Below, piece after piece: positions 1 through 11,364 of a stretch of DNA of 64,000 bases (position 1 is its first letter; every line of letters begins with the position of its first letter). Source of the DNA: Octopus sinensis (taxonomy: Eukaryota); NCBI RefSeq assembly GCF_006345805.1, contig NC_043006.1, forward strand, positions 38,068,001 through 38,132,000. The letters are read 5' to 3'. The notes below the pieces were generated by a model. The model was not told the DNA's origin. It was given only the letters and a program-made list of their open reading frames with translations, and searched no databases. Position numbers and translations under genes: made by a program.

Positions 1-87
1 CCATAAAAACAACCTTGCCCGGACTTGTGCCTGGGAGGGTAACTTTTCAAGTGCAATCCCATGGTCAGTCATGATTGAAGGGGGTCT
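1..87 (+). mobile_element. 3' end of tRNA-derived SINE family C (cut by window edge)
   Basis: Reverse complement of 45221-45306 (GAGACCCC...GGCAAGGTTGTTTATGG), the tail of a full copy. Confidence 0.65.
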
Positions 88-310
88 CCGCAATCCCTCG
101 CCATATTGTGGTTTACTTACTGTGGTTTATTATTTAAGCTTACATCGATCCCTCCATGGTTTTGTTTTGCATTTATAATAAAATAGATATATGCAAATTA
201 TAAAAATAATTTTAAAAAATATACAGTACAGTGGTGTTTCTACTTTGCAGATTTTCGCCTATCACAGGGGGTTTTGAAACATAACACCCATGACAGTCGA
301 AGAATTACTG
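88..310. mobile_element. Decayed Tigger/pogo-like MITE
   Basis: Left end CAATCCCTCGCCATATTGTGG. Right end ...GAAGAATTACTG followed by TA. Both resemble the CAGTAATCCCTCG-type Tigger terminus. Confidence 0.5.
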
Positions 311-318
311 TATATATA

Positions 319-353
<35 letters not shown>

Positions 354-441
354 AGAGATAATGGTTTTTATCTTATTACACAAAAAATTCTTGTATATAT
401 AATTTATCGAATGAATGTATGTTCGGCCTTTAACAGGAATT

Positions 442-473
<32 letters not shown>

Positions 474-478
474 ATATA

Positions 479-862
479 GGCACAGGAGTGGCTGTGTGGT
501 AAGTAGCTTGCTTACCAACCACATGGTTCCAGGTTCAGTCCCACTGCTTGGTACCTTGGGCAAGTGTCTTCTACTATGGCCTTGGGCTGATCAAAGCCTT
601 GTGAGTACATTTGGTAGACGTCATGTATATATATCCATATATATATATGTAAGTGTGTGTATATGTTTGTGTGCCTGTGTTTGTTCCCCCAACATAGCTC
701 GACAACCGATGCTGGTGCGTTTACATCCCGGTAACTTAGCAGTTCGATAGAATAAGTACTAAGCTTACAAAGAATATGTCCTGAGATCGATTTGCGCAAC
801 TAAAGGCCGTGCTCCAGCATGGTCGCAGTCAAATGACTGAAACCAGTAAAAGAGTAAAAGAG
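479..862 (+). mobile_element. SINE family A, full copy (tRNA head + internal microsatellite + 3' body + AGTAAAAG tail)
   Basis: A-box-like GTGTGGTAAGTAGC and B-box-like GGTTCAGTCCC. Many homologous copies across the window. Confidence 0.8.
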
Positions 863-863
863 A

Positions 864-1098
864 GTTGGCCAAAAGTCACCCGACAGTAACTCAAAATTCC
901 AAAAATATTTAATATTCAATTTTATTTATTCATTCCAATTATGAATGTTTAATAATTGAATGCTGTGAGTTAAAATCGTTTTTTGCTTTCAACATTTGTC
1001 TATTTATTAGCAAAGTCTCATATAAGATATTTTTTTTTGTTTTAATCTTGGAATTAAGCGGTTTTGATTTACTGTCAGGTGACTTTTGACCAACCATG
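864..1098. mobile_element. Tc1/mariner-type MITE
   Basis: 26-bp inverted repeats GTTGGCCAAAAGTCACCCGACAGTAA (864-889) and TTACTGTCAGGTGACTTTTGACCAAC (1069-1094), 2 mismatches. TA at right end. Confidence 0.7.
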
Positions 1099-1379
1099 TA
1101 TGTAATACCCACTAAATGTATGAGTGCTTCTTTCTTTCATTTGTCCACTCACCCGTAAATGTGTGTGTATGTGTGTAAGTGATGGGCTTGCACAATTTCT
1201 GACTATTGAATTCATTCATAAGGCAATAGTTGGCCTAAGGCTAAGAGATTAGCAGATACTTGTCTATAGAATGGGACTGAACCTGAAACCACCTGGCTGT
1301 AAAATGGGTTTCTTAACCACATAGTCATGCCAGTGCCTATGTAAATAAGGATTGATGTCTGTGGGCACATGTGTAGGTA

Positions 1380-1780
<401 letters not shown>

Positions 1781-2599
1781 AGTCTTCTTTCAGTTTCCGT
1801 CTACCAAATCCATTTACAAAGCTTTAGTCAGCCCAAGGTTATAGTAGAAGACATTTGCGCAAGGTGCTACGCAATGGGACTGAATCCGGAACCATGTGGT
1901 TGGTAAGCAAGCTACTTACCACACAGATAGATAGATTGATTAATACACACACATACACACACACTGTATGTATAAAAGAAATACATATTCAATTTGTTTC
2001 GTAACCTGACATTAGTCTCTGTGATGCCTGCATCCAATTTCACAACTGTTACCTTAAGTGTCAGATCAGATCAGAGAGAGAATATAAAATACTGTTCTCA
2101 CATTTTCTATCTCAATTTAGCATACTTTATTTACACTGTACTATTGTTGTTGTTGTTGTTGTTGTTGTTGTTATTTAGCCCCGAAGTCAATTAGATAATT
2201 AATTAGTAGTCGATATACACATGTCACCAATGTAAATATTCGGTTACTTCTTAACATAACTTCCCTCTACAACGAGTATAATTAACAGACGCTCCCTAGC
2301 TGCTCTAACTTCGTATTTGTCCCATCTGTACAGGAGAATACATTCAGTTTCTCTTTCTAATTTGAAAAACACAGAACATCTCCTGTTAATAGTAACGAAT
2401 TAATTAGTGTTCAATATACTCATGTAGTTGAAGTAACCATTCTTTTCTCGTACAACACAACATTTTGCTGCAATGAGTACAATTGCCTGGTGCCATCTAA
2501 CAATCTTATGCTTGTATACATATCTTATATAACCAGGACATCATGGGGAAGGATCTATTTTTAATCAGAAGCAAGATTCTGCTGCCGTTTATATATTCT

Positions 2600-2996
2600 T
2601 CTATTCTCTCTTTTATTCTTTCACTTGTTTCAGTTATTTGACTGTGGCCATGCTGGAGCACATCGACTCCAGGACACTTATTCTTTGTAAGCCTAGTATT
2701 TATTCTATAGGTCTGTTTTACTGAACTGCTAAGTTACTGGGATGTAAACACACCAACACTGGTTCTCAAGTGATGGTGGGGGGACAAACACAGACACACA
2801 AATACACACACACATATATATATATACACATACACAACAGTCTTCTCTCAGTTTCCGTTTACCAAACCCACTCTCAAGGCTTTGGTCAGCTCGAGGCTAT
2901 AGTAAAAATCACTTGCCCAAGGTGCCACACAGTAGGACTGAACCTGAAACCATGTGGTTGGTAAGCAAGCTATTTACCACACAGTCACTCCTGACT
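2600..2996 (-). mobile_element. SINE family A, full copy
   Basis: Reverse-complement homology to 479-862. Confidence 0.8.
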
Positions 2997-3074
2997 ATTA
3001 ATAATTCATCTATGAATTTGAAGTGGATCAATTGTTTGTCTTTGTTCTATATTTTAGAGTTGAGGAATTCTGTC

Positions 3075-3470
3075 ATCATCATCATTATCATCATTATTAT
3101 CGTTTAACATCTGTTTTCCATGCTGGCATGGGTTGGATGATTTGACTGGGGTCTGGGAAGCCAGGAGGCTGCACCAGGCCCCAATCTGATCTGGCATTGT
3201 TTCTACAGCGCTGGATGCCCTTCCTAACGCCAACCACTCCAAGAGTGTAATGGTTGCTTTCTGCGTGCCACCAGCACAGAACCCAGTCAAAGCGGCATTG
3301 GCATCGGCTACGTTTGGATGGTGCTTTTTACATGCTACCGGCATGGGGCTCACAACTACAATTTCTATTTGATTTGATTTTGATATTGCTGATGTTGATG
3401 TACTTAACTCAATAGGTCTCCTCAAGCACAGCATGTTGCCCTATGATCTAAGGTACTTTTGGGCTTGTTA
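3075..3470 (-). mobile_element. 5'-truncated RTE LINE 3'UTR
   Basis: (GAT)n tail, CTGGATGCCCTTCCTAACGCCAACC motif. Colinear with 5969-6400, which is joined to an RTE ORF2 end. Confidence 0.7.
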
Positions 3471-3487
3471 TGTGACTCTGGTATAAG

Positions 3488-3953
3488 TTATTTACATTGG
3501 ACGTATAAGTGTCCTCACTTTGTTTGTTGTTACCACAATGTTTCAGCTGATGTATTCTCCAGCTTTCATCAGGTGTCCTGGTGGAATTTCAAACCCAAAC
3601 CCTTATATGACTAATGGGGTACTCTGTTCTCATTCCTAAGGTATCTTTTGCTGATGTTATCATTATTATTAATTCAATGTATAACTGCCCACAAGCATAT
3701 AACATAGTGGTTAAGAGTGTGGGCTACTAACCCCAAGATTCCAGGTTCAATCCCAGGCAGTGACTTGAATAAATAATAATAATAATAACATCAATAAAAA
3801 ATACCTTAGGAATGAGAACAAATTACCCCATTAGTCAAATAAAGGGTTGCGTTTGAAATTCTCCAGGACACCTAATGAAGGCTGGAGAGTACATCAGCCA
3901 AAACGTGATAACAACAAACAAGGTGAGGACATCTATCTGTCCAATGTGAATAA
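3488..3953 (+). mobile_element. tRNA-headed, hammerhead-tailed fold-back element (putative Penelope-dependent SINE), copy 1
   Basis: Central tRNA-like head about 3696-3765 (TAGTGGTTAAGAG ... GGTTCAATCCC). About 190-bp tail on the right, inverted copy on the left. Left arm reads CTGATGA-A-AGCTG-loop-CAGCT-GAAA on the minus strand. Confidence 0.7.
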
Positions 3954-4064
3954 TGTTTTTCTTTGTTAACCAAATTGGAGCTGGCCAAATTATGTACCTT
4001 TTCCAAGGTCACACTAGAATAGCTATTACAGTATCAACACAGACCATCAGATGTTGTTATATAC

Positions 4065-4320
4065 CACTAGCCACAATGCACTTCCAATTCTGTCTCGATT
4101 GCACCATTCTTTTTCATCTTGATCCAAACTGCTTAACTAGATCGTCTTCCCATAGTCACGAAGGCCTTCCAAGTTGCCTTTTCTAATTTCTTGAACACCA
4201 TTCAGCAACTGCACAGCTCCACCTGTTGTCTGAGAACCTTGCAACATGTCCAGTCCAATGAAACTTGTGCTTTCGGTCCTCTGCAAAAACAGTAGCCACA
4301 GAGTTTCACTCATTGACTTT
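4065..4320 (-). pseudogene. RTE-clade LINE ORF2 C-terminal remnant
   Basis: Minus-strand translation HKFHWTGHVARFSDNRWSCAVAEWCSRN*KRQLGRP..WEDDLVKQFG matches the RTE WAGHVAR..DNRW..GRP..RWEDD pattern. Confidence 0.75.
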
Positions 4321-4862
4321 ATTTTAGGAAATCTGCTGCTTAGCTATAGGTTGAACCTGAGCAGACCTTTGGTCAAAGGCATTTCAACTCTGAGCATTCT
4401 GTCTTTTTCCCTATATGCAGAGAATCCAGAACTACATTATTCAATGTGTCCTTCTTTTCTAAGATGCTAGGATGTAATCTGAGGTAGATTTGGCTGCTAT
4501 TTCTAGCAAATTGAGCAACCATTTAGTGGTGGTGTCACAAGGACCTACTCCAGTTTACATAACTGATCAGTGACTGTGAGGTTAAAAATACTAGACCTCT
4601 ATTCATAATACCAGATACTTGTAAGTTCAGACATCACAATTATCACTGTAATTCACTCTTGAACAGAGCACTGAACTCTGCTTGTAACATTTTGCCTGGC
4701 TAAACACAAAATAATCTTCCACTCCTACTTCACAGTTGAGTAGTTTGAGATAGAACAAGCATCCATCTGTTAAGCACAATTGTTCCAACAAATAAACTGT
4801 CCCACTCATGCAAGCATGAAAAGAAAAACGGATGCTGGAGAATAAAAATGATTAATAAATAT

Positions 4863-5222
4863 GGGTGCAGGCACACGGCTGTGTAGTAAGAAGCTTGCTT
4901 CCAGACCACATGGTTCTGGGTTCAGTCCCACTGCATGACATCTTGCGCAAATGGAAACTAGAAGGAGCTCATGAGTGTGTGTGTGTGTGCATGTGGTGTA
5001 TTTGTGTGTGTATATGTGTGTCTTTATGTATATGTTTGTGCCCCACCGCTGCTTGACAACCAGTGTTAGTTTGTTTATGTCCCTCGTAACTTAGTGGTTT
5101 GGCAAAACAGACCACCAGAATAAGTACCAAGCTTATAAAAAGAAATAAGCTCTGGGGTCAATTCTTTAAGACAGTGGCCCAGCATGGCCACAGTTTAATG
5201 ATGGAAACAAGTAACAGAAAAA
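4863..5222 (+). mobile_element. SINE family A
   Basis: Head, (GT)n and 3' body homologous to 479-862. Confidence 0.75.
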
Positions 5223-5349
5223 ATGTGTTATAATCATAATTGAGTTTGCAGAAGCGGTAAAGTGTCATATGAAATTCCTTTATGTTGTAGGTTCAAACCA
5301 AGCTCAGGTTCATTATGGCCTTTCAGGAAGACAGGGAAATAGTTATCTT

Positions 5350-5712
5350 TTATCTTTTACTAGTTTCAGTCATTACATTTACGGCCATGCTGGAGCACTG
5401 CCTTAAGGAACTCCATTCAAATGAATTGACCCTATGCTTGGCACTTATTCTATAGGTCTCTTTTGCTGAACTGCTAGGTTATGCGTATGTAAATATACCA
5501 GCACTGGTTGTGTGGTAATGGTGGTGGTGGAGAGCCAAACACAAACACACACACACACACACACACACAAGCTTCTTTCAGTTTCCATCGGCCAAATCCA
5601 CTCTCAAGGTATTGGTCAGCATAAGGCTACAAGAGAGGACACTTACCCAGTCCCATGCAGTTCAGAACTGAACCTGGAACCATGCAGTTGGGAAACAAAT
5701 TTCTTTCCACCC
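5350..5712 (-). mobile_element. SINE family A (inverted relative to 4863-5222)
   Basis: Reverse-complement homology to family A. Confidence 0.7.
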
Positions 5713-5934
5713 AAATATTCTTCATAGAGACATCATTAAGTAATTGTCTGTTATACACACACACACACACACTGAATTATATCTATCATTTATAATATTT
5801 CTGTAATTTACTGTTCTGTTTGTTTTCTTCATAAACAATGACAAGCCACTGTAAATACCATGGTTGATACTCTCTCTAATTACCTCCAGTCAAAACAGTA
5901 TTAGCGTGTCAAAAGGGATGGTAAATGAAATGAA

Positions 5935-5968
<34 letters not shown>

Positions 5969-5971
<3 letters not shown>

Positions 5972-6601
5972 CATTGTCATCATCATCGTTTAACGTCCGT
6001 TTTCCATGCTAGCATGGGTTGGATGGTTCAACCGGGGTCTGGGAAGCCAGGAGGCTGCACCAGGCTCCAGTGTGATCTGGTAGTGTTTCTACAGCTGGAA
6101 TCCCTTTCTAACGCCAATCACTTTGTGAGTGTAGTGGGTGCTTTTTACATGCCACCGGCACAGGGGCCAGAGAAGGCTGGCAACAGCCACAATCGGTTGG
6201 TGCTTTTTACATGCCACCGGCACAGAAGCCAGTCAAGGCGGCGGTAGCATCAGCCATGTTCGGATGGTGCTTTTTACTTGCCACTGGCATGGGTATCACA
6301 ACTACAATTTCCATTTGATTTTTATTTTGATGTTGATGTACGTGACTCAATAGGTCTCCTCAAGCACAGCAGGTTGCCCTACGATCCAAGGTAACCACAG
6401 TAGATCGTCCTACAATTCAAGGTACTTTGAATGGGCTGGGGCTGGTTATGTAAAGCTGGTGTAGGATACGCTGTGGACTCACTTTATTTGTCGGATCTTC
6501 GCAGTCACAGCATATCTCCAGAGGTCTTGGTCTTTCATCATTACCTCTGTGAGGCCCAATGTTCGAAGGTCATGCTTGACCACCTCATCCCATGTCTTCC
6601 T
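5969..6601 (-). mobile_element. RTE LINE 3' end (ORF2 C-terminus 6601-6479 + modular 3'UTR + (GAT)n tail)
   Basis: Minus translation RKTWDEVVKHDLRTLGLTEVMMKDQDLWRYAVTAKIRQIK*, followed by a UTR with repeated GGCA(C/T)GTAAAAAGCACC modules. Confidence 0.8.
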
Positions 6602-6612
6602 ATGTATATATG

Positions 6613-6813
6613 TGAGGAGGTGCTGAAAAGTTCCTGGCTTTGGGTAAAAGAAAATACAGGAGGATCAGTTAATTATGATTTTATTCAACATATTCCCCTC
6701 TCAGAGTCACACACTTATTGCAGCAGTTCTTCAGTTTTTCTAAGTCCTGTAAAAAGAACTTGGAAGGTTGGCACTCCAATCAAGCCTTTCCAGGAACTTT
6801 TCAGCACCCCACA
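6613..6813. mobile_element. Mariner-type MITE
   Basis: Inverted termini GGTGCTGAAAAGTTCCTGG / CCAGGAACTTTTCAGCACC with TA flanks. Confidence 0.75.
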
Positions 6814-6828
6814 TATGAATATATATAA

Positions 6829-6925
<97 letters not shown>

Positions 6926-7569
6926 ATCATATCAAAGGGAAATGGAAATTATGTGTTTAAATATACACTATATCGTATGACTTTTAAATATATATATATA
7001 TTTATATATATATCAACACACAAGCACATTCATGGATAAACATAGAGTATATAATAATGTCCATGCATACTGATACACACACACACATATGTAAAAACAT
7101 AAACAAGTATGGAAGAATGAATATTAAAATGATGAAGATGATGATGGTGATATATATGCACACAAATGTATAAATGTGTAAGGAAAAATAAGACATATAC
7201 TGTTACCAACATACATTCATATGCACACACCAAAAGTGTAAGAGCGTGAGAATAAAATGTTGGAAAAAAAACCAGAAGCAGTATGTTAAATCTAGAACAT
7301 TCAGTGAAGTAATAGCATCAATAGAATGGATTACAGAAGAAAGAACTGGAAATTAATATAACAGTGCCATTTGTATTTTGAAGAATTTATCATTGGAAGA
7401 TAATTTACAATACCACAGAATGGAGCCATAGTTAATTAAAATAAATAATCAAGAAAATCGTCTCCAACTGGCTCATATTGTATAGCTTATCTCTCTACCT
7501 GTTTACACAATTACATTTATCTCTATGTGCAGCTATTCCGATCCATTTATCACTGATATTGGATAATGC

Positions 7570-7915
7570 ATTTGGTCACTGATTGAGACTCTTTGGAGCT
7601 GCCTGAATTCCTTTGGTATCAGAATGCTTTGAAGGATTATGGGTTATCATTGGTTGGATTTCATATCCAATGAATGACTCCCCTCAGAAACTCAGATGTG
7701 TCCTGTTACTTGGAGTGCCAGCTCAGACTGTTTGGTCATGTCGCTCAATTTTCTGAATCAAGCCCTACTCACTGTGTTCTCTTCTTCACAGCGGATCTGG
7801 CTGAGTTGGTGGCTTGTGTTAGTTGACCACATGCCATATGGTCACAGCAGGTGAAGAGGTATCTTGTGGAGATGGGGACTGACTGAGATTCTGCTGGATG
7901 GGTCACCTGAGAAAT
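7570..7915 (+). pseudogene. RTE-clade LINE ORF2 remnant
   Basis: L*RIMGYHWLDFISNE ... QLRLFGHVAQFSESSPTHCVL, with frameshifts. Matches the RTE LRRIMGYRW...RLFGHVAR pattern. Confidence 0.7.
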
Positions 7916-8106
7916 ATGGTAACAAAAGGATTAATGTAAGACTGATTCTTCCTATTTCGTTTTTGGATTTGGTTTGCAAGATTCTTTATATGAGTTCGTG
8001 TGTTGAAGCATATTCTGTTGTGTCTGGGGAGAGTCATTCTGTTTTAGTGCCTTATTATTTAACACACTCACCGGTAAAATTTACACTTATTTCTTATTTT
8101 TATTTT

Positions 8107-8143
8107 CTAAAATTTTCGTTGCGTCTTGCAACCTTTTCAATAG
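8107..8143 (-). ncRNA. Putative minimal type-I hammerhead ribozyme, U3:A8 variant (Penelope-like tail, about 7930-8145)
   Basis: Minus strand CUA-UUGAAAA-G-GUUGC-aagac-GCAAC-GAA-AAUU-U-UAG: stem I 3 bp, stem II 5 bp, palindromic AAUU stem III. Confidence 0.45.
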
Positions 8144-8454
8144 TCTTAACTCTTCCTAATTTTGGCATAAAGTCAACAAGTTTGATGAGAGAAGAAGTAA
8201 ATAACATTGCCCCTGGTATTTAAACGATACTTATAATTATCAACTCCTACATAATGACAGCCAAAGGATTTGAACTCAGAACATGAAGGGTTGGAAGGCA
8301 TGCCACCTAGCATTTTGTCCTACATAGTAATGATTCTGTCAACTTGCTGCCTTGTATTGAAATATTTATATCTAATTTTGGTACAAGGCCCACAATTGAG
8401 CATGTAAAGGCCAATCAATTACATTGCTCCCAGTGCTAAGCAAAAGTAAGTCAA

Positions 8455-9105
8455 GCAAAGTTTCCTTCTCGAGTCATAAGGGTCAATTTCCTGACACATA
8501 AGGGCCAGTTGCCAATTTCCATAGTGTATATATTCCCCCACCTGGATAGGACCCCTGTCTGTTGCATAATGACTCATTTATGCTAGCTGAGTGGTCTGGA
8601 GCAATGTGAAATGAAGTGTCTTGCTCAAGAACAGAACGCGTTTCCCAGTCCAGGAATCGAAACCACAATCTTACGATCATGAGACCAACACCTCTAACCT
8701 TGAAGCCATGTGCCTTCACCAAAAAGATAAAAGGTAGAGGTTACCTTCTTGAGTTATGTCATCATACAAGGACTGGTTTCCTGATTTCATGGTGTATATA
8801 TCTCCCTCCTGGACGGGATGACAGTCTGTCGCAGGATTACACATCTTTGCTAGCTGAGTGGACTGGAGCAACATGAAATGAAGTGTCTTGCTCAAGAACA
8901 CAATGCATCGCCCAGTCCAAGAATCGAAACCACAATCTTACAATCATGAGTCGAACACCCTAACCACTAAGCTATGCACCTCCACAACAATGTGAAATGA
9001 AGTGTTTTGCTCAAGAACACAATGCATTGCCCGGTCCAGGAATCGAAACCACGATCACATGATCATGAGTCCAGTATCTTAACCACTAAGCCATGTGCCT
9101 CAACA
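8455..9105 (-). mobile_element. Cluster of 3 tandem SINE family C heads/bodies
   Basis: Repeated GCAA(T/C)(G/A)TGAAATGAAGTGT(C/T)TTGCTCAAGAACA...GAATCGAAACCAC...AACCACTAAGC(C/T)ATG at about 8600, 8868 and 8988. Confidence 0.75.
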
Positions 9106-9601
9106 GATACTGCGTGGGGGTATTGGCCCCACACAAATCCATTTTTACCTCTGGGAAGAGATGGTTCATATTAATACACTCTAACCACTAAGCTACACAC
9201 TTCCACTCAAGGCTAAACAGATACTTAATCGACCCCTGAAAGATAACAAAGTTGACATTGGTGGAGTTTGAACTCAGAACATAAGAAGCCACAAAAAAGG
9301 CTGCAAGCATTTTGTCTGATGAGGTAACAATTCTGCCAGTTCACTGCCTTATCTTAATGTAGTATTTGTTTCAAATATTGGTACAAGGCCAGCAGTTTTG
9401 GTGGAAGGGGGCTGAGGGTAAGTCAATTACACCAATACCAGTACTTGACTGGTACTTGTTTTATCAATCCCAAAAGGATGAACTGCAAAGTCAACCTTGG
9501 TGGAATTTTGACTCAAAACATAAAGATGGGAGAATTGCCACCGAACACTTTTCCCAGCATGCTAACGATTCTGCCAGCTCGTGTAATATCATATTAATAA
9601 T

Positions 9602-9859
9602 CTTTTCTGCTCTAGGCACAAGGCGTGAAATTTCGGGGGGGGTGGGGGCAGTCGATTAGATCAACCCCAGTATGCGAATGGTACTTAATTTATCAACTCC
9701 GAAAAGATGAAAGGCAAAGTCGACCTCAGCGGAATTCAACTTTACCATACATCCTTTCGGGGTCGATAAATTAAGTACCAGTTGCTTACTGGGGTCAATC
9801 TAATCAACTGCACACCCCACTCCCCCAGAATTTTGGGCCTTGTGCCTTGAGTAGAAAAG
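9602..9859. mobile_element. Palindromic (head-to-head) SINE family B-related dimer with 17-bp TSD
   Basis: Arms are reverse complements. Flanked by exact AATATCATATTAATAAT at 9585-9601 and 9860-9876. Confidence 0.75.
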
Positions 9860-9876
9860 AATATCATATTAATAAT

Positions 9877-10107
9877 TATTTCTTTATTGCCCACAAGGGG
9901 CTAAACATAGAGGGACAAACAAGGACAGACAAAGGGATTAAGTCGATTACATTGACCCCAGAGTGTAACTGGTACTTATTTAATCGACCCCGAAAGGATG
10001 AAAGGCAAAGTCGACCTCGGCAGAATTTGAACTCAGAACATAGCAGCAGACGAATTACTGCTAAGCATTTCACCCGGCATGCTAACGATTCTGCCAGTTC
10101 GCCACCT
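9877..10107 (-). mobile_element. SINE family B, full copy
   Basis: Reverse complement of 16084-16315 and 54536-54768. Core GACTTTGCCTTTCATCCTTTCGGGGTCGAT. Confidence 0.8.
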
Positions 10108-10489
10108 AAAAATATTAATATGTGTTATTATCATATTAATAATGACACATTAACAATATAATATCGATCTATTATATAAACTAAAACCCATATTGATTTT
10201 TTAAAATAATTCTTTTTGCAAATATCAATAATCCCCTCTCATTGTTTACCGTCTGTCTGTGTGTCTGTCTGTCTATCTGTTTATGTATCTCTCTCATTGC
10301 CTTCTGTTTTCTAATGTTTTTATCTTTCTTTAAGGTGCCCTTGTGGCAAGTGAATTCAAGTTATTTTGCTTTTTTTTTTTAAGATTAGATAATTAAAAGA
10401 CATAATGGAAAGTAAACAAAAATAAAACATAAAAATGATTATTTTATTTATTTGTCTCATTAATTGTTTTTTTTTTTAATTTTTTCTTT

Positions 10490-10509
10490 TTTTTTTAATT
10501 TTCAACAGG
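10490..10509 (+). promoter_or_regulatory. Candidate 3' splice acceptor for a 5'UTR-containing exon of the FN3-TM gene
   Basis: Long T tract ending TTTTCAACAG|G at 10508/10509. All three frames close shortly downstream. A second candidate is CTAAT...TCTTTCTTTAAG|G at 10334/10335. Confidence 0.3.
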
Positions 10510-10731
10510 TTTTTGCAAGCACTTTGAATCAAAGTAAAAGCATTACCAATGGCAAGAATTTCTGAAAGAGGAACAACGAAATAACAATAACCAAAGAAAG
10601 ACAACAGCTGATCAACAACAACAAAGATAACAAGAGCAGCAAAAAAGAAAAAAAACGAACAGCATTTGATAAAGAAAAAAACACCTAAAAAAAATAACAA
10701 AAGACCAGAGGCAAATAATAATAATAACAAT

Positions 10732-10910
10732 ATTGAAGGTGTTGAAACTCACATTGTTGACCTGCAGAGAAGTACCATCCTGTATTCCTCAAGAATTCTA
10801 AGGCAGATTCTTGAGATTTGAGGAGACTTGTTGTTACCAAACATCAAGATAAAATACCTGCTAACTAAATTAGCATGCACTAGCATCATAATAATAATAA
10901 TAATAATAAT
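10732..10910 (+). mobile_element. R4/Dong-like (RLE-type) LINE 3' end remnant
   Basis: IEGVETHIVDLQRSTILYSSRILRQILEI* resembles the LQK..LL.TARILRKVLE terminus. (AAT)n tail at about 10890. Confidence 0.5.
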
Positions 10911-11364
10911 AAACACTTAGCAAAAATAACAAAAACAGCAACGTACATTAAGAACAAGTTGATATCATCATCTTTATCACCAGCATTGAAAGCTGTGATA
11001 AGAACTGTAGTAGTAGTAGTAGCAGTAGTAGTAGTAGTAGTAGTAAAAGTAACAAGATCAAAACTGACAAAAACATTTGCAACAAATACCATCATAGTCA
11101 CCATTGTTTTAGTGACCACCACCACCAATACTACTACAGTCACTTAGAATAGCAACAACAACAATTGCCTACATTACACAATAGCATCATCAACATCATC
11201 GACATGACCATCACCACCAGCAGTCACAAGGATTCTGTGAAACAGTAGTAGTAGTAGTAGCAGCAACATCATCAACCATACGACCAGCAACAATAACAAG
11301 AATTTTTATACGAATCTGCATCATCATTACCATCACAAACCACACCTCCGCCACCGACGACAAG

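Noticed and set aside
3054-3434. Recurring ORFs with LALGRASSC / WLVSKL / GFGQPEAIVEDTCPRC peptides (also 43134, 50295, 63221)
   Set aside because: Translations of SINE and LINE-UTR copies, not a gene family.
10886-11147. ORFs with poly-V/poly-T stretches that look like membrane or mucin segments
   Set aside because: Products of (AGT)n/(ACC)n repeats and not in frame-continuity with the FN3 CDS.
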